Origin: Candidatus Bathyarchaeota archaeon
GTDB lineage: Archaea; Thermoproteota; Bathyarchaeia; Bathyarchaeales; Bathycorpusculaceae
Length of the DNA: 64,000 nucleotides
Assembly (NCBI GenBank): GCA_963772455.1
Contig: CAVYXJ010000007.1
Location: 288,001 to 352,000, forward strand
Direction: 5' to 3'
Shown: piece after piece, positions 9,855 through 17,889 of the stretch
How positions within the stretch are numbered: the stretch's first letter is position 1
Layout: each line of letters opens with the position of its first letter
Notes under the pieces: generated by a model
What the model was told of the DNA's origin: nothing
Seen by the model: the letters and a program-made list of their open reading frames with translations, nothing else
Database searches by the model: none
Made by a program: the position numbers and the translations under genes

Positions 9855-10643
9855 CTATTTTTCTCTTTTAAATGAGCCGTGTCCGCCCGATTTGGTTACG
9901 TTGTCAACGACATTTTCGCTGACTTTATCTAGTACTTCTTCGGCGCGCTTCCAATTATCAGCTGTAACTTCAACACTGTATTTTGGAGCAGCAATTACAG
10001 AGAACTCGATTTTTGCATCTTTAGCTTCTTGAGCTTTTTTGGCTCCGCTGAAGGCATCTTGGATGCAACGAACGCCGTTTGGTATCATGCAACGAACTTC
10101 GATTACGCCTCTGACTTTTACTGTTTTAATTTTTATACGTTCTTCAGCAACTTGAGCAATAACTTTGGCGAGGTCTTCGGGAATTTCAAGTTTTGTTAAG
10201 ACCTCCATGCCTTCTTTGACTACTTTTTCGAAGCCGTCGTATAAACCGTATTTTTCTTCAAGAATTACTCCGGCTTTCTGGTAGACTTCATGAATTGGTA
10301 AACCAGTTTTTTCTGCTACTGCATGTAGGAGGGCATCGCCTTTGCGATCTTTTTTCCAAGATTTAATTTTTTCTATACGCTCACGTTTTGTTACACGTCT
10401 GAGTGATAGGTCAATGTGGCCTTTTTCAATGTCAATTCGGAGAACTTTGAGAACCATTTTTTGGTTTTCACGAACAAAGTCTCGGATGTTTCTTATGCGA
10501 GCGCTGGAAATTTCAGATATATGAAGAAAACCTCGTCTACTATACTCGTCAAGGTTAGCGTATGCTCCATAATCCATAACACTTTCTATCGTGGCAATTA
10601 CAAGATCGCCCGATTCAGGCCATTCAGGTTTATGTTCAGACAT
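9855..10643 (-). CDS. eif2a: Translation initiation factor aIF2 alpha subunit
   Basis: S1 domain (YGAYANLDEY, LHISEI, KGHIDLSLRRV); C-terminal AAPKY. Confidence 0.97.
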   Translation of the reverse strand: MSEHKPEWPESGDLVIATIESVMDYGAYANLDEYSRRGFLHISEISSARIRNIRDFVRENQKMVLKVLRIDIEKGHIDLSLRRVTKRERIEKIKSWKKDRKGDALLHAVAEKTGLPIHEVYQKAGVILEEKYGLYDGFEKVVKEGMEVLTKLEIPEDLAKVIAQVAEERIKIKTVKVRGVIEVRCMIPNGVRCIQDAFSGAKKAQEAKDAKIEFSVIAAPKYSVEVTADNWKRAEEVLDKVSENVVDNVTKSGGHGSFKREK

Positions 10644-10972
10644 TAGTTTACATCCTATTCAAGGAAGACCTTTCTTATTTAAAAACTCCTGCAATAAAAC
10701 TTTTCACGTCTAAGATAAGGTTTTCTACGTTAAAAGATTCGCCTTCGACAACTTTAACGTTTTTGGTTATTTTGTAAAAGGTGATATCTGAACCCTTCAA
10801 AGCGGCGAGGTATCACTGGCACAGCAAACTTTTCGACCCACGACCTACCAATGATGTCGCGAACATTTCATTTTTCGCAGGATTGTCATTTGTCTTTTTC
10901 GTGGAAATTATAAAGCGACGGATCTACAAGCAATAAACTTTTAATCCAGTCAAACCAATAAAACCGAAGTAA

Positions 10973-11194
10973 GTGGACAAAATGAACAGAAAACTAAAAA
11001 CTATACTCGAACCTAAAAAGGGAAACCAAACTGTTTTTTCATCTAAAACCTTGCCAGTAATAAAAAGCAAGGGTGGCAATACCAATTATCTATGTGGCAA
11101 TTGTGGAGCAAAATTAGGCGAGACCATTATTGAAGGAAAATTCAAGAACGTCGTGTTAAAGTGCCCAACCTGCAACTCCTATAATGAAGTATAA
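10973..11194 (+). CDS. Small Zn-ribbon protein
   Basis: CGNCG...CPTC(N) cysteine pairs. Confidence 0.7.
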   Translation: MDKMNRKLKTILEPKKGNQTVFSSKTLPVIKSKGGNTNYLCGNCGAKLGETIIEGKFKNVVLKCPTCNSYNEV

Positions 11195-11377
11195 AGTAGA
11201 ATATTCTACTTTACCAACTTGACGCTTTGACCTTTTTTACACCTGAATTTTTAACCGCTACACAAATTTCCGTTTTTAAACTCTGAGTTTCTTTTTTATC
11301 AATCGTTATCTAACTTGATAAGTATCAGAAAACCAGTTAACATTACAAAAGAAGTGGCATATCATTCTTTATTAGAC

Positions 11378-11401
11378 TGGTACAGGGTGGGATTCGAACC
11401 C
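11378..11401 (-). repeat. Degenerate copy of the tRNA-Leu 3' end (att site)
   Basis: TGGTACAGGGTGGGATTCGAACCC versus TGGTGCAGGGGGTGGGATTCGAACCC at 16190-16215 (1 mismatch, 2-nt gap). Confidence 0.75.
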
Positions 11402-11563
11402 TCTGAGAATGGTGAAATCACCCGGGCTTATCCCCTCTTTTTTGAGAAGGAACTCAACAATTAAATTGCCTTACATTTCTTTGTCCAAAAAGGATTGCAA
11501 GCTTTAACAGGTTTTATATAGCCTCTTCCTGCAAGATAATATTGCTCTCTGTCTGGCGATTAA

Positions 11564-12520
11564 ATGGATAAAAAAATCAAAGTTATCCTTGCTTTAGTGC
11601 TTCTCGCTATTACCATTGGTTCTCTTGTTACTGTAGGGTATTTGTTTCAGAAGCCATTCAACCTACATGATGGCATACAATACCCGCATGGCATAATGGA
11701 GATTACGACGGTTGATTGGGACAATACCACTGGGCAAATCAAAGTTACTATGCAAAACTTTGGGCAACCTCAAGCTATAGTCGGAATATCCGTAAATGAA
11801 AAGTTGGATAAGGAAGCCATCATTGTTCCAAGCGGAAATATTGAACATAATCAAACTTGCGAAATTACATTATCAGAAAAATATGCTATTAAGCCACCAG
11901 AGATAACACTCGGAATTAACGCAACCCACAGCTCTACGATGGGTAAAATAACCCTCATCGGACTTAAAATGGAGGCATTGTACTGGAATGAAAACACGCA
12001 TAAAATTCAGGCTTTTATCGCTGACACTTCCAATTTTATCACAGCTAACCATACGATCTCTTTTGGCAAGATTTTCGTTAACGGTGCGGTGGACAAGGGA
12101 GCAGTTATCACAAGAGAGTCTGTTGAATGGGCAAACACTGACAGAGTATACAAAATCTCTTTGTCAGGGATATACACTTCAAAACCCTCAGAGATGCTGT
12201 TGGAATTTACAGCGGACGGTACAAACTTTCATCTGACCTCTCCTTTTCTTGTAGATATGATATTCAATTCCTTTAAATGGGATGAGAAAACAGGTGAAGA
12301 AAGATTTTGGGTTCACAGTGGAAGCTTTGCTTTTGAGAGGACCCAAGGAGTCACTTTTGAGGGAGTATACGTCAATGGAGAATTAGATAAGTCACCGAAA
12401 ATAAACAGACTATACAGCGAAACTTATGAAATCATCTTGTCAACTAAATTTTCTCAAGCTCCAGAATTGTTAGATATCAGGGTTATGACTGACTTTGGAG
12501 CATATGGTAAATATCCCTAA
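11564..12520 (+). CDS. Membrane-anchored surface protein with three internal repeats of about 95 aa
   Basis: N-terminal TM helix; repeated W(D/N)xxT...VN(G/E)xxDK...(Y)xIxLS...P units. Confidence 0.75.
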   Translation: MDKKIKVILALVLLAITIGSLVTVGYLFQKPFNLHDGIQYPHGIMEITTVDWDNTTGQIKVTMQNFGQPQAIVGISVNEKLDKEAIIVPSGNIEHNQTCEITLSEKYAIKPPEITLGINATHSSTMGKITLIGLKMEALYWNENTHKIQAFIADTSNFITANHTISFGKIFVNGAVDKGAVITRESVEWANTDRVYKISLSGIYTSKPSEMLLEFTADGTNFHLTSPFLVDMIFNSFKWDEKTGEERFWVHSGSFAFERTQGVTFEGVYVNGELDKSPKINRLYSETYEIILSTKFSQAPELLDIRVMTDFGAYGKYP

Positions 12521-12593
12521 GGACTCATTTTATAATTGGTTGCGCCCAATGGTTAACGTCTGTATATACTTCATTTGCGGGCTAGTGGAAGAA

Positions 12594-15368
12594 TCATGCG
12601 GGCGTTATCTTGACGTCTATCGATTCCTCTGTGTGTTGTGCGGTGTTGCCTGTTTCGCTTGAAAGCTCAGGAAAGTCCACTTCGTACTTTGCGTCGTGGT
12701 AATGCAGTATGCGTTTTGTCACTTCAATGGTCAGCAACACGATTGCGGAGAGACCTGCTATTAGTATTACTTCGTAGATACCAACTGGAGCTAGACTGAA
12801 GCTTTCACGAAGGAACGGCACGTTGATGATCAGCAGTATCAGCGCGATTTCCCAAAGCAGCGTACCCACGAGCAATTTGTGAGGTCGCGCTTTGATGATG
12901 GTATATTTTAGTGAACGGCAGCTTAATGCCAAGACAAGTTCAAAGAAGATCAACACTAAGAACAGCCTTGTTTGGGCGATTTCGACGCCTAACGGCAGGG
13001 AGCTTATGAAGACCCATAACAGTAGTGGCGTTTCTATGAGGACGGCTCGTATGAGGAACACTTTGACGTCTTTTGTGAATATTGTTTCTTTAGGGTTCCG
13101 GGGCGGCCGCTGCATCACGTCAGGTTCGGGAGGACTCAAACCTAAAGCTATGGCTGGCAAGCCGTCTGTAGCGAGGTTGATATAGAGAATGTGCACCGGC
13201 AGTAGCGGCAGCGGGTAACCAGCTAGCACTGCAAACGAGAGGACGACGATTTCCACTAAATTGGCCTGCAAGAGGTAGGTGAGGTATTTTTTGATGTTGT
13301 CGTATGTCCAGCGGCCCAGCTCCACCGCCTTAACAATAGTTGCAAAGTTGTCGTCGGCAAGCACGAGGTCGGCGGATTCTTTAGTGACTTCTGTTCCTGT
13401 TATGCCCATAGCGACGCCGATGTCGCTTTTCTTAAGCGCGGGAGCATCGTTAACGCCGTCGCCTGTCATGGCTACAACTTCGCCTTTCTTCTTCCAAGCC
13501 TCTACGATTTTCAGCTTATGAAGCGGGGAAACGCGAGCGTAAACGGTTACTTTTCTGACTTTGGCTTCGAACTCTTCCTGCGAAATCCGTTCTAGGTCTT
13601 CGCCGGTTAGGATTTGGTCGCCTTCACGATAGATACCTAATTCCTTGGCAACTGCCAATGCAGTAAGCTTATGGTCTCCAGTAATCATTACGGTCTTGAT
13701 TCCAATTTGTCGGCAAAGCTTCACTGCCTCCATGGCTTCTTTACGAGGTGGATCCATCATGCCGACTAAGCCAAGGAAAACCAGCTCACTTTCAGCGGTT
13801 TCTTCTTTGAAGTTAATTAAATCGCCCGACACTTCTTTGAATGCTATTCCCAAAATGCGCAGTCCGACGCTTGCCATTTCCTCGTTCACATCAAGCACTG
13901 TTTTGAGCCTTTGTTCAGTGAGTTCCTCTGTTTTAGTATCTGCACAAATACGGGAACAATGTCGGAGGATAATTTCGGGGGCTCCTTTCATGAAGATGAG
14001 TTTTTTACTATCAGCTTGCAGTTGTGAGCTATGGACTGTTGTCATGCGTTTTCGGTCCGAGGAGAACGGAAACTCGTCTATGCGTGGGTAAGCGCGACGC
14101 AACTCCTCTATTTGCACGCCTGCTTTTAATGCAGCCACCACAAGGGCACCTTCGGTTGGATCACCCTTAACTACCCATGTGTCACCCTCCTGAACCACGT
14201 TGGCATCGTTGCATAAGACAGCGCCTTTCATAAGTAACGAGAAGCACTCGGTCTCCGTTGTCGCCTTGTTTTTCTCGTCGAAACTCCCCTGAGGCGAGTA
14301 GCCGACGCCGCTAACATTAATGGTTGTGCCTGCCGTGTAGACTTTGCGTACAGTCATTTCGCCTTTGGTCAAGGTGCCTGTTTTGTCAGTGCAGATCACC
14401 GTTGTTGAACCAAGCGTTTCAACCGCAGGCATCTTTCTGATGAGGGCGTTTCTTTTCGCCATCTTATACATGCCGATAGCTAAGCTCCCCGTTACAATAG
14501 CAGGTAACGCTTCTGGAACAGCCGCGACTGCCAATGCGATGCCGAAGAGGAACATATCCAGCAACGGCAGCCCCCGTGCAACACCTAAAACGATTACGGT
14601 TATGCTGACCGCCAATGCTGCTAAGCCAAGCCATTTCCCAACTTCTTTAGTTCTCTTTTCAAGAGGAGTCTCTTTCTTCTCGACAGCGCTAACTTGCTTT
14701 GCAATCTTTCCGAATTCAGTGTTCATAGCCGTCATAACGACTAGGGCTTTAGCTTTTCCGGAGGTAACCGCAGTTCCCGAGAAAACCATGTCTTTTTTAT
14801 CCAAAATCGCAGCATCTTTAGCTACTTTTTCCGTGCTCTTCTCAACAGGAACGGATTCACCTGTCAGAGGAGCTTCGTTAACGTGTAAGTTGTAAGTCTC
14901 TATTAGCCGCGAGTCTGCGGCGATCTTGTCTCCTTCTTTGAGTACCAAGATGTCGCCGGGCACGATGTCTTTTGTGGCAATCTGTACTTCTTTGCCATCC
15001 CGTAAAACCGAAGCAGTTGGCACGAGCATCTTTGTTAAGGCTTCCAATGCTTTTTCTGCGCGATATTCCTGGACAAACCCTAGCGATGCGGAGATTACAA
15101 CGATGATGAGGATGATACTTGCGTCAAATTGGTGTCCAGTCGCAAACGACACTGATGCTGCGGCTATTAGAATTAGTATAAGTATGCTTTTGAATTGGCC
15201 TATGAAAATCTTGAGGGGCGAGGTTTTTTCGCCTGCGGCTAACTGATTAGGACCGTATTTCTTGAGTCTCTCGGCTGCTTCAGTTGAGCTTAACCCTGTT
15301 TTTTCGGTCTTAAGTTTGCTTAACGCTTCCTGCGTTTCAATCGCATGCCAAGATTCTTCAGAACTCAC
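12594..15368 (-). CDS. P-type ATPase, type IIA (Ca2+/cation-transporting)
   Basis: LTGES, AVAAVPEALP, DKTGTLT, KGAPE, MTGDGVNDAPALKK and NLATDGLPA motifs. Confidence 0.95.
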   Translation of the reverse strand: MSSEESWHAIETQEALSKLKTEKTGLSSTEAAERLKKYGPNQLAAGEKTSPLKIFIGQFKSILILILIAAASVSFATGHQFDASIILIIVVISASLGFVQEYRAEKALEALTKMLVPTASVLRDGKEVQIATKDIVPGDILVLKEGDKIAADSRLIETYNLHVNEAPLTGESVPVEKSTEKVAKDAAILDKKDMVFSGTAVTSGKAKALVVMTAMNTEFGKIAKQVSAVEKKETPLEKRTKEVGKWLGLAALAVSITVIVLGVARGLPLLDMFLFGIALAVAAVPEALPAIVTGSLAIGMYKMAKRNALIRKMPAVETLGSTTVICTDKTGTLTKGEMTVRKVYTAGTTINVSGVGYSPQGSFDEKNKATTETECFSLLMKGAVLCNDANVVQEGDTWVVKGDPTEGALVVAALKAGVQIEELRRAYPRIDEFPFSSDRKRMTTVHSSQLQADSKKLIFMKGAPEIILRHCSRICADTKTEELTEQRLKTVLDVNEEMASVGLRILGIAFKEVSGDLINFKEETAESELVFLGLVGMMDPPRKEAMEAVKLCRQIGIKTVMITGDHKLTALAVAKELGIYREGDQILTGEDLERISQEEFEAKVRKVTVYARVSPLHKLKIVEAWKKKGEVVAMTGDGVNDAPALKKSDIGVAMGITGTEVTKESADLVLADDNFATIVKAVELGRWTYDNIKKYLTYLLQANLVEIVVLSFAVLAGYPLPLLPVHILYINLATDGLPAIALGLSPPEPDVMQRPPRNPKETIFTKDVKVFLIRAVLIETPLLLWVFISSLPLGVEIAQTRLFLVLIFFELVLALSCRSLKYTIIKARPHKLLVGTLLWEIALILLIINVPFLRESFSLAPVGIYEVILIAGLSAIVLLTIEVTKRILHYHDAKYEVDFPELSSETGNTAQHTEESIDVKITPA

Positions 15369-15609
15369 AAGCTTCCCCTCGAATCACCTAAAATCTTGCA
15401 AGTTTTAAATAATAAATGTGTCCCCATAAAGATTACAAAAAACAACGATAAAGTAAATACTTGAGGTCGAAACATTTGCTGACTGACAGCTGTCTCCAAT
15501 CTAAATCGCGCGTCCAAATCCCTTTTCCAATCATCAACCCAGTTGCCTTAATTGTAAAGCTTTTAACAATTCAAATTAAATGGCAACCATACATAGTTTT
15601 CTATTTTCT

Positions 15610-16145
15610 GGTATGGTCCCTGTGAGAAGTCTGGCGACTAAAAGGGACGACATAGACTTCGAAAGTAAAGCCGTAAACATTACCCCTGAAAAGAACAGCA
15701 ACCCACGAACAATACGCTTAAGCCTTAAACTGCTCGAAATGCTTCAAAGATTGCCAAAAAAACTATGGCGACAGAGTATTTTCTTTCCCTAACATACCTG
15801 TTGACCATCATGGAGTAAGCTTAGGTCGTCAACGATAACGATTAGCCAACAAACTCAAGAATCCTCGCCTACTAAAAATTCACTTCCACACCTTCCGATA
15901 TTGGAAAGGAACAATGATTTACCATGAAACAAAAGACATGTACTATGTAATGCAGCGATTGGGACACAAGAACATCAAGAATACTTTGCTGTATGTCCAG
16001 CTTGAAGAAGCTCTATTCCAAGGTGAACAAATTACATATCAAAAGTAACCAAGACAGAAAAAGAAATTTGCAGTCTAGTTGAAGCAGGCTTTGAGTACGT
16101 AACAGAGTTTGATGGTGCAAAATCTTTAGAAAACGCAAACTTTAG
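15610..16145 (+). pseudogene. Tyrosine recombinase/integrase C-terminal relic
   Basis: Fragments in shifting frames: DDIDF...PEKNSNPR, NPRLLKIHFHTFRYW, LGHKNIKNTLLY, LVEAGFEYV...FRKRK; N-terminal half missing. Confidence 0.85.
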
Positions 16146-16189
16146 CAGAAACATCCCCTTGACGGACCCCCTATAGTTTTGCTTATATA

Positions 16190-16277
16190 TGGTGCAGGGG
16201 GTGGGATTCGAACCCACGAACGCCTACGCGATAGGGTCCTAAGCCCTACTCCGTTGACCTGGCTTGGAGACCCCTGC
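16190..16277 (-). tRNA. tRNA-Leu(TAG), CCA encoded, no intron
   Basis: GCAGGGG/CCCCTGC acceptor stem, GTAGGG-CTTAGGA-CCCTAT anticodon arm, long variable arm, GGTTCGAATCC. Confidence 0.96.
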
Positions 16278-16352
16278 ACATGTTTTGCGCAGTGTGAAAT
16301 AGGTTAGGTTGCTTTAATATTTATTTGCCACATGATTTCTTTGTTTTCTCTT

Positions 16353-16516
16353 TGTGTGGGTGTGGTGCAAAAAAAATGCACACCACACTTGAAGCCCTGG
16401 AAAAGATTGCTTTTTTGGTTTGGGTTGTTTTTCTTTTGTGGTTTAAGTGTGGGAAGAGTGTGTAGCCCACACCGCCAACATGGATTCAATGTTGAGATGT
16501 GTGGGTGTGGTGTGGG
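16353..16516. repeat. TG-rich direct and inverted repeats between the divergent tRNAs
   Basis: Exact 15-mer TGTGTGGGTGTGGTG at 16353 and 16498; inverted pairs GTGTGGTG/CACCACAC (16360-16388) and GTGTGGG/CCCACAC (16447-16472). Confidence 0.7.
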
Positions 16517-16674
16517 TGTAGAAGATGACAGAGATTCATTTCTACGAGACGTAAGATTTGCTCTATTTTTGGTGTTAAGCTGAATTTTGTTTAATATTTT
16601 TCTTTATTGGCGAAATATAAACCGCAAGCATTTTATTTACTATCGCATGTTGTTTGTGGGAAGAACAAAAAAAT

Positions 16675-16751
16675 GCCTTCGTAGCCTAGTCCGGTGGGGC
16701 GTTACCTTGGTAAGGTAATGGTCGCGGGTCCAAATCCCGCCGAAGGCTCCA
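16675..16751 (+). tRNA. tRNA-Thr(GGT), CCA encoded, no intron
   Basis: GCCTTCG/CGAAGGC acceptor stem; TTACC-TTGGTAA-GGTAA anticodon arm; T-arm GCGGG-TCCAAAT-CCCGC. Confidence 0.92.
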
Positions 16752-16769
16752 ATTTACAAAATTAAACTT

Positions 16770-16994
16770 TTAGTAACCGATTAGCTCAAGAAAATCTTCT
16801 CGTGTTAGTCCTGCTTGTTGAATGATTGAGAGAAGCGTGCCTTTTTTAATGGGGTCATGTCTTGGAACGGTGAGTTTGTGTTTTCCATCCGTTAAGAAAA
16901 TGTGGCTTCCTCTTTGACTCACGACTTTGAACTCTTTCTTGGCGAGAGCCTTGACGATTTTTTGCCAAGAGATAGAAGGAAGTTTCTCAGACAG
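16770..16994 (-). CDS. hicA: HicA family toxin (absent from the ORF track; apparent CTG start)
   Basis: (M)SEKLPSISWQKIVKALAKKEFKVVSQRGSHIFLTDG...TVPRHDPIKKGTLLSIIQQAGL; GSH catalytic motif; overlaps the hicB stop. Confidence 0.9.
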   Translation of the reverse strand: MSEKLPSISWQKIVKALAKKEFKVVSQRGSHIFLTDGKHKLTVPRHDPIKKGTLLSIIQQAGLTREDFLELIGY

Positions 16995-17211
16995 TTATTT
17001 CCACAAGCTCTTTCTTTCGTTTAAGCTGGTCAACTTCTTCAGGGAAAGCTTCTAAGTAACCTTCGATTGCGTCTTTAATGTTGACGAGAGCCTCTTTGCG
17101 GTTTTCCCCTTCGCTTATTGCTCCTGGAAGTTCAAGGCACTGAGCTGAGTATCCTCCTTCGGGTTCCTCTCGGAGGATAACTGTGAATTTTTCTCCCTTG
17201 ATTTTAACCAT
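16987..17211 (-). CDS. hicB: HicB family antitoxin (short form, no DNA-binding domain)
   Basis: EGGYSAQCLELPGAISEGE...EALVNIKDAIEGYL. Confidence 0.92.
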   Translation of the reverse strand: MVKIKGEKFTVILREEPEGGYSAQCLELPGAISEGENRKEALVNIKDAIEGYLEAFPEEVDQLKRKKELVEITV

Positions 17212-17348
17212 TAACTGTCACTCACAATACAGAGCCTTGTTTTGACCATATAAACTTTGATATAAATAATTTTATTACAAAAGCAATGAGGGGTAATGGT
17301 AGGTTAATGGCTTTAATCCAAATCTCGCCGAAGGTTCCTTTTCTAATA

Positions 17349-17368
17349 ATGCATATGTATGCATATGC
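17349..17368. promoter_or_regulatory. Candidate antitoxin operator (tandem ATGCATATG(T/C) repeat containing ATGCAT palindromes)
   Basis: ATGCATATGT ATGCATATGC ending 14 nt before the vapB ATG. Confidence 0.45.
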
Positions 17369-17382
17369 ACATAGAATTCGAC

Positions 17383-17559
17383 ATGACAAAAGTAATCTCG
17401 CTCTCCGAAAAAGCCTATGAAACCCTAAAAGGGATGAAGAAACCAGGAGAATCCTTCTCAGACGTTGTTTTGAGGGTTGCACAACCAAGGAAAAAGAAGT
17501 CACTACTGGAATTTTCAGGCAAATGGCATGGCGATGATATTGACGAAGTATTTGCTTAG
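17383..17559 (+). CDS. vapB: Archaeal VapB-type antitoxin (DUF217/COG1753-like), orphan and possibly truncated
   Basis: MTKVISLSEKAYETLKGMKKPGESFSDVVLR...LLEFSGKW; no vapC follows. Confidence 0.85.
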   Translation: MTKVISLSEKAYETLKGMKKPGESFSDVVLRVAQPRKKKSLLEFSGKWHGDDIDEVFA

Positions 17560-17564
17560 GCAGA

Positions 17565-17629
17565 GCCAGGTAGTAAAGCCGTTGGGCGTTACTGGGTAAA
17601 GTAATGATTACTGCCCGACAAAGGCACCA
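17565..17629 (+). pseudogene. Degenerate tRNA-Thr copy
   Basis: GTAG..GCCGTTGGGCGTTACTGGGTAAAGTAATG...CCCGACAAAGGCACCAATTT aligns with the tRNA-Thr sequence GTAG..CCGGTGGGGCGTTACCTTGGTAAGGTAATG...CCCGCCGAAGGCTCCAATTT; T-arm destroyed. Confidence 0.7.
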
Positions 17630-17889
17630 ATTTTTATTTAGCGCCGATTTAATTCTTTAAGTAAAAATTTGGCCTTCAGAGACCGTATTTAATAGCTCAT
17701 TAGTAAAAAATTAGTCAGTTATACTGCTCAGTAGAATCCAACATTTAGTCCTTTTCAATAGCTTAAATTATGAAAGTTGCGAGACAGTTTTGGAATAACC
17801 TTCTTATTCTTTGATTGTAAGTATTTGAACGAGGGGAAAACGCGATTAACTTCTCGTTTATCAAACGCGAGGTCATAATTTTAGCCATT

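Larger units (their letters stand above)
11378..16215. mobile_element. Decayed tyrosine-integrase element integrated at tRNA-Leu(TAG)
   Basis: Bounded by the tRNA 3'-end direct repeat; integrase relic adjacent to the tRNA; ATPase cargo visibly more GC-rich than its flanks. Confidence 0.7.
16752..17629. mobile_element. Toxin-antitoxin islet between tRNA-Thr and a degenerate tRNA-Thr copy
   Basis: hicBA and vapB lie between the intact tRNA and its decayed direct repeat. Confidence 0.55.

Noticed and set aside
10780-10796. GGTGATATCTGAACCCT as a third, older tRNA-Leu att copy
   Set aside because: Only 13 of 17 bases match the 11386-11402 segment and the TTCGAA core is broken; compatible with chance
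16032-16217. 61-aa ORF starting MGSNPTP
   Set aside because: Translation of the tRNA-Leu T-arm and the antisense strand of the integrase relic
16353-16516. CRISPR array or true telomere
   Set aside because: No regular repeat-spacer periodicity, no cas genes, only two full copies, and an internal location between tRNAs
16304-16583. ORFs 16332-16583 (+) and 16304-16489 (-)
   Set aside because: Their Cys/Gly/Val or Lys/Pro bias simply reflects the TG-rich repeats; no protein-like features
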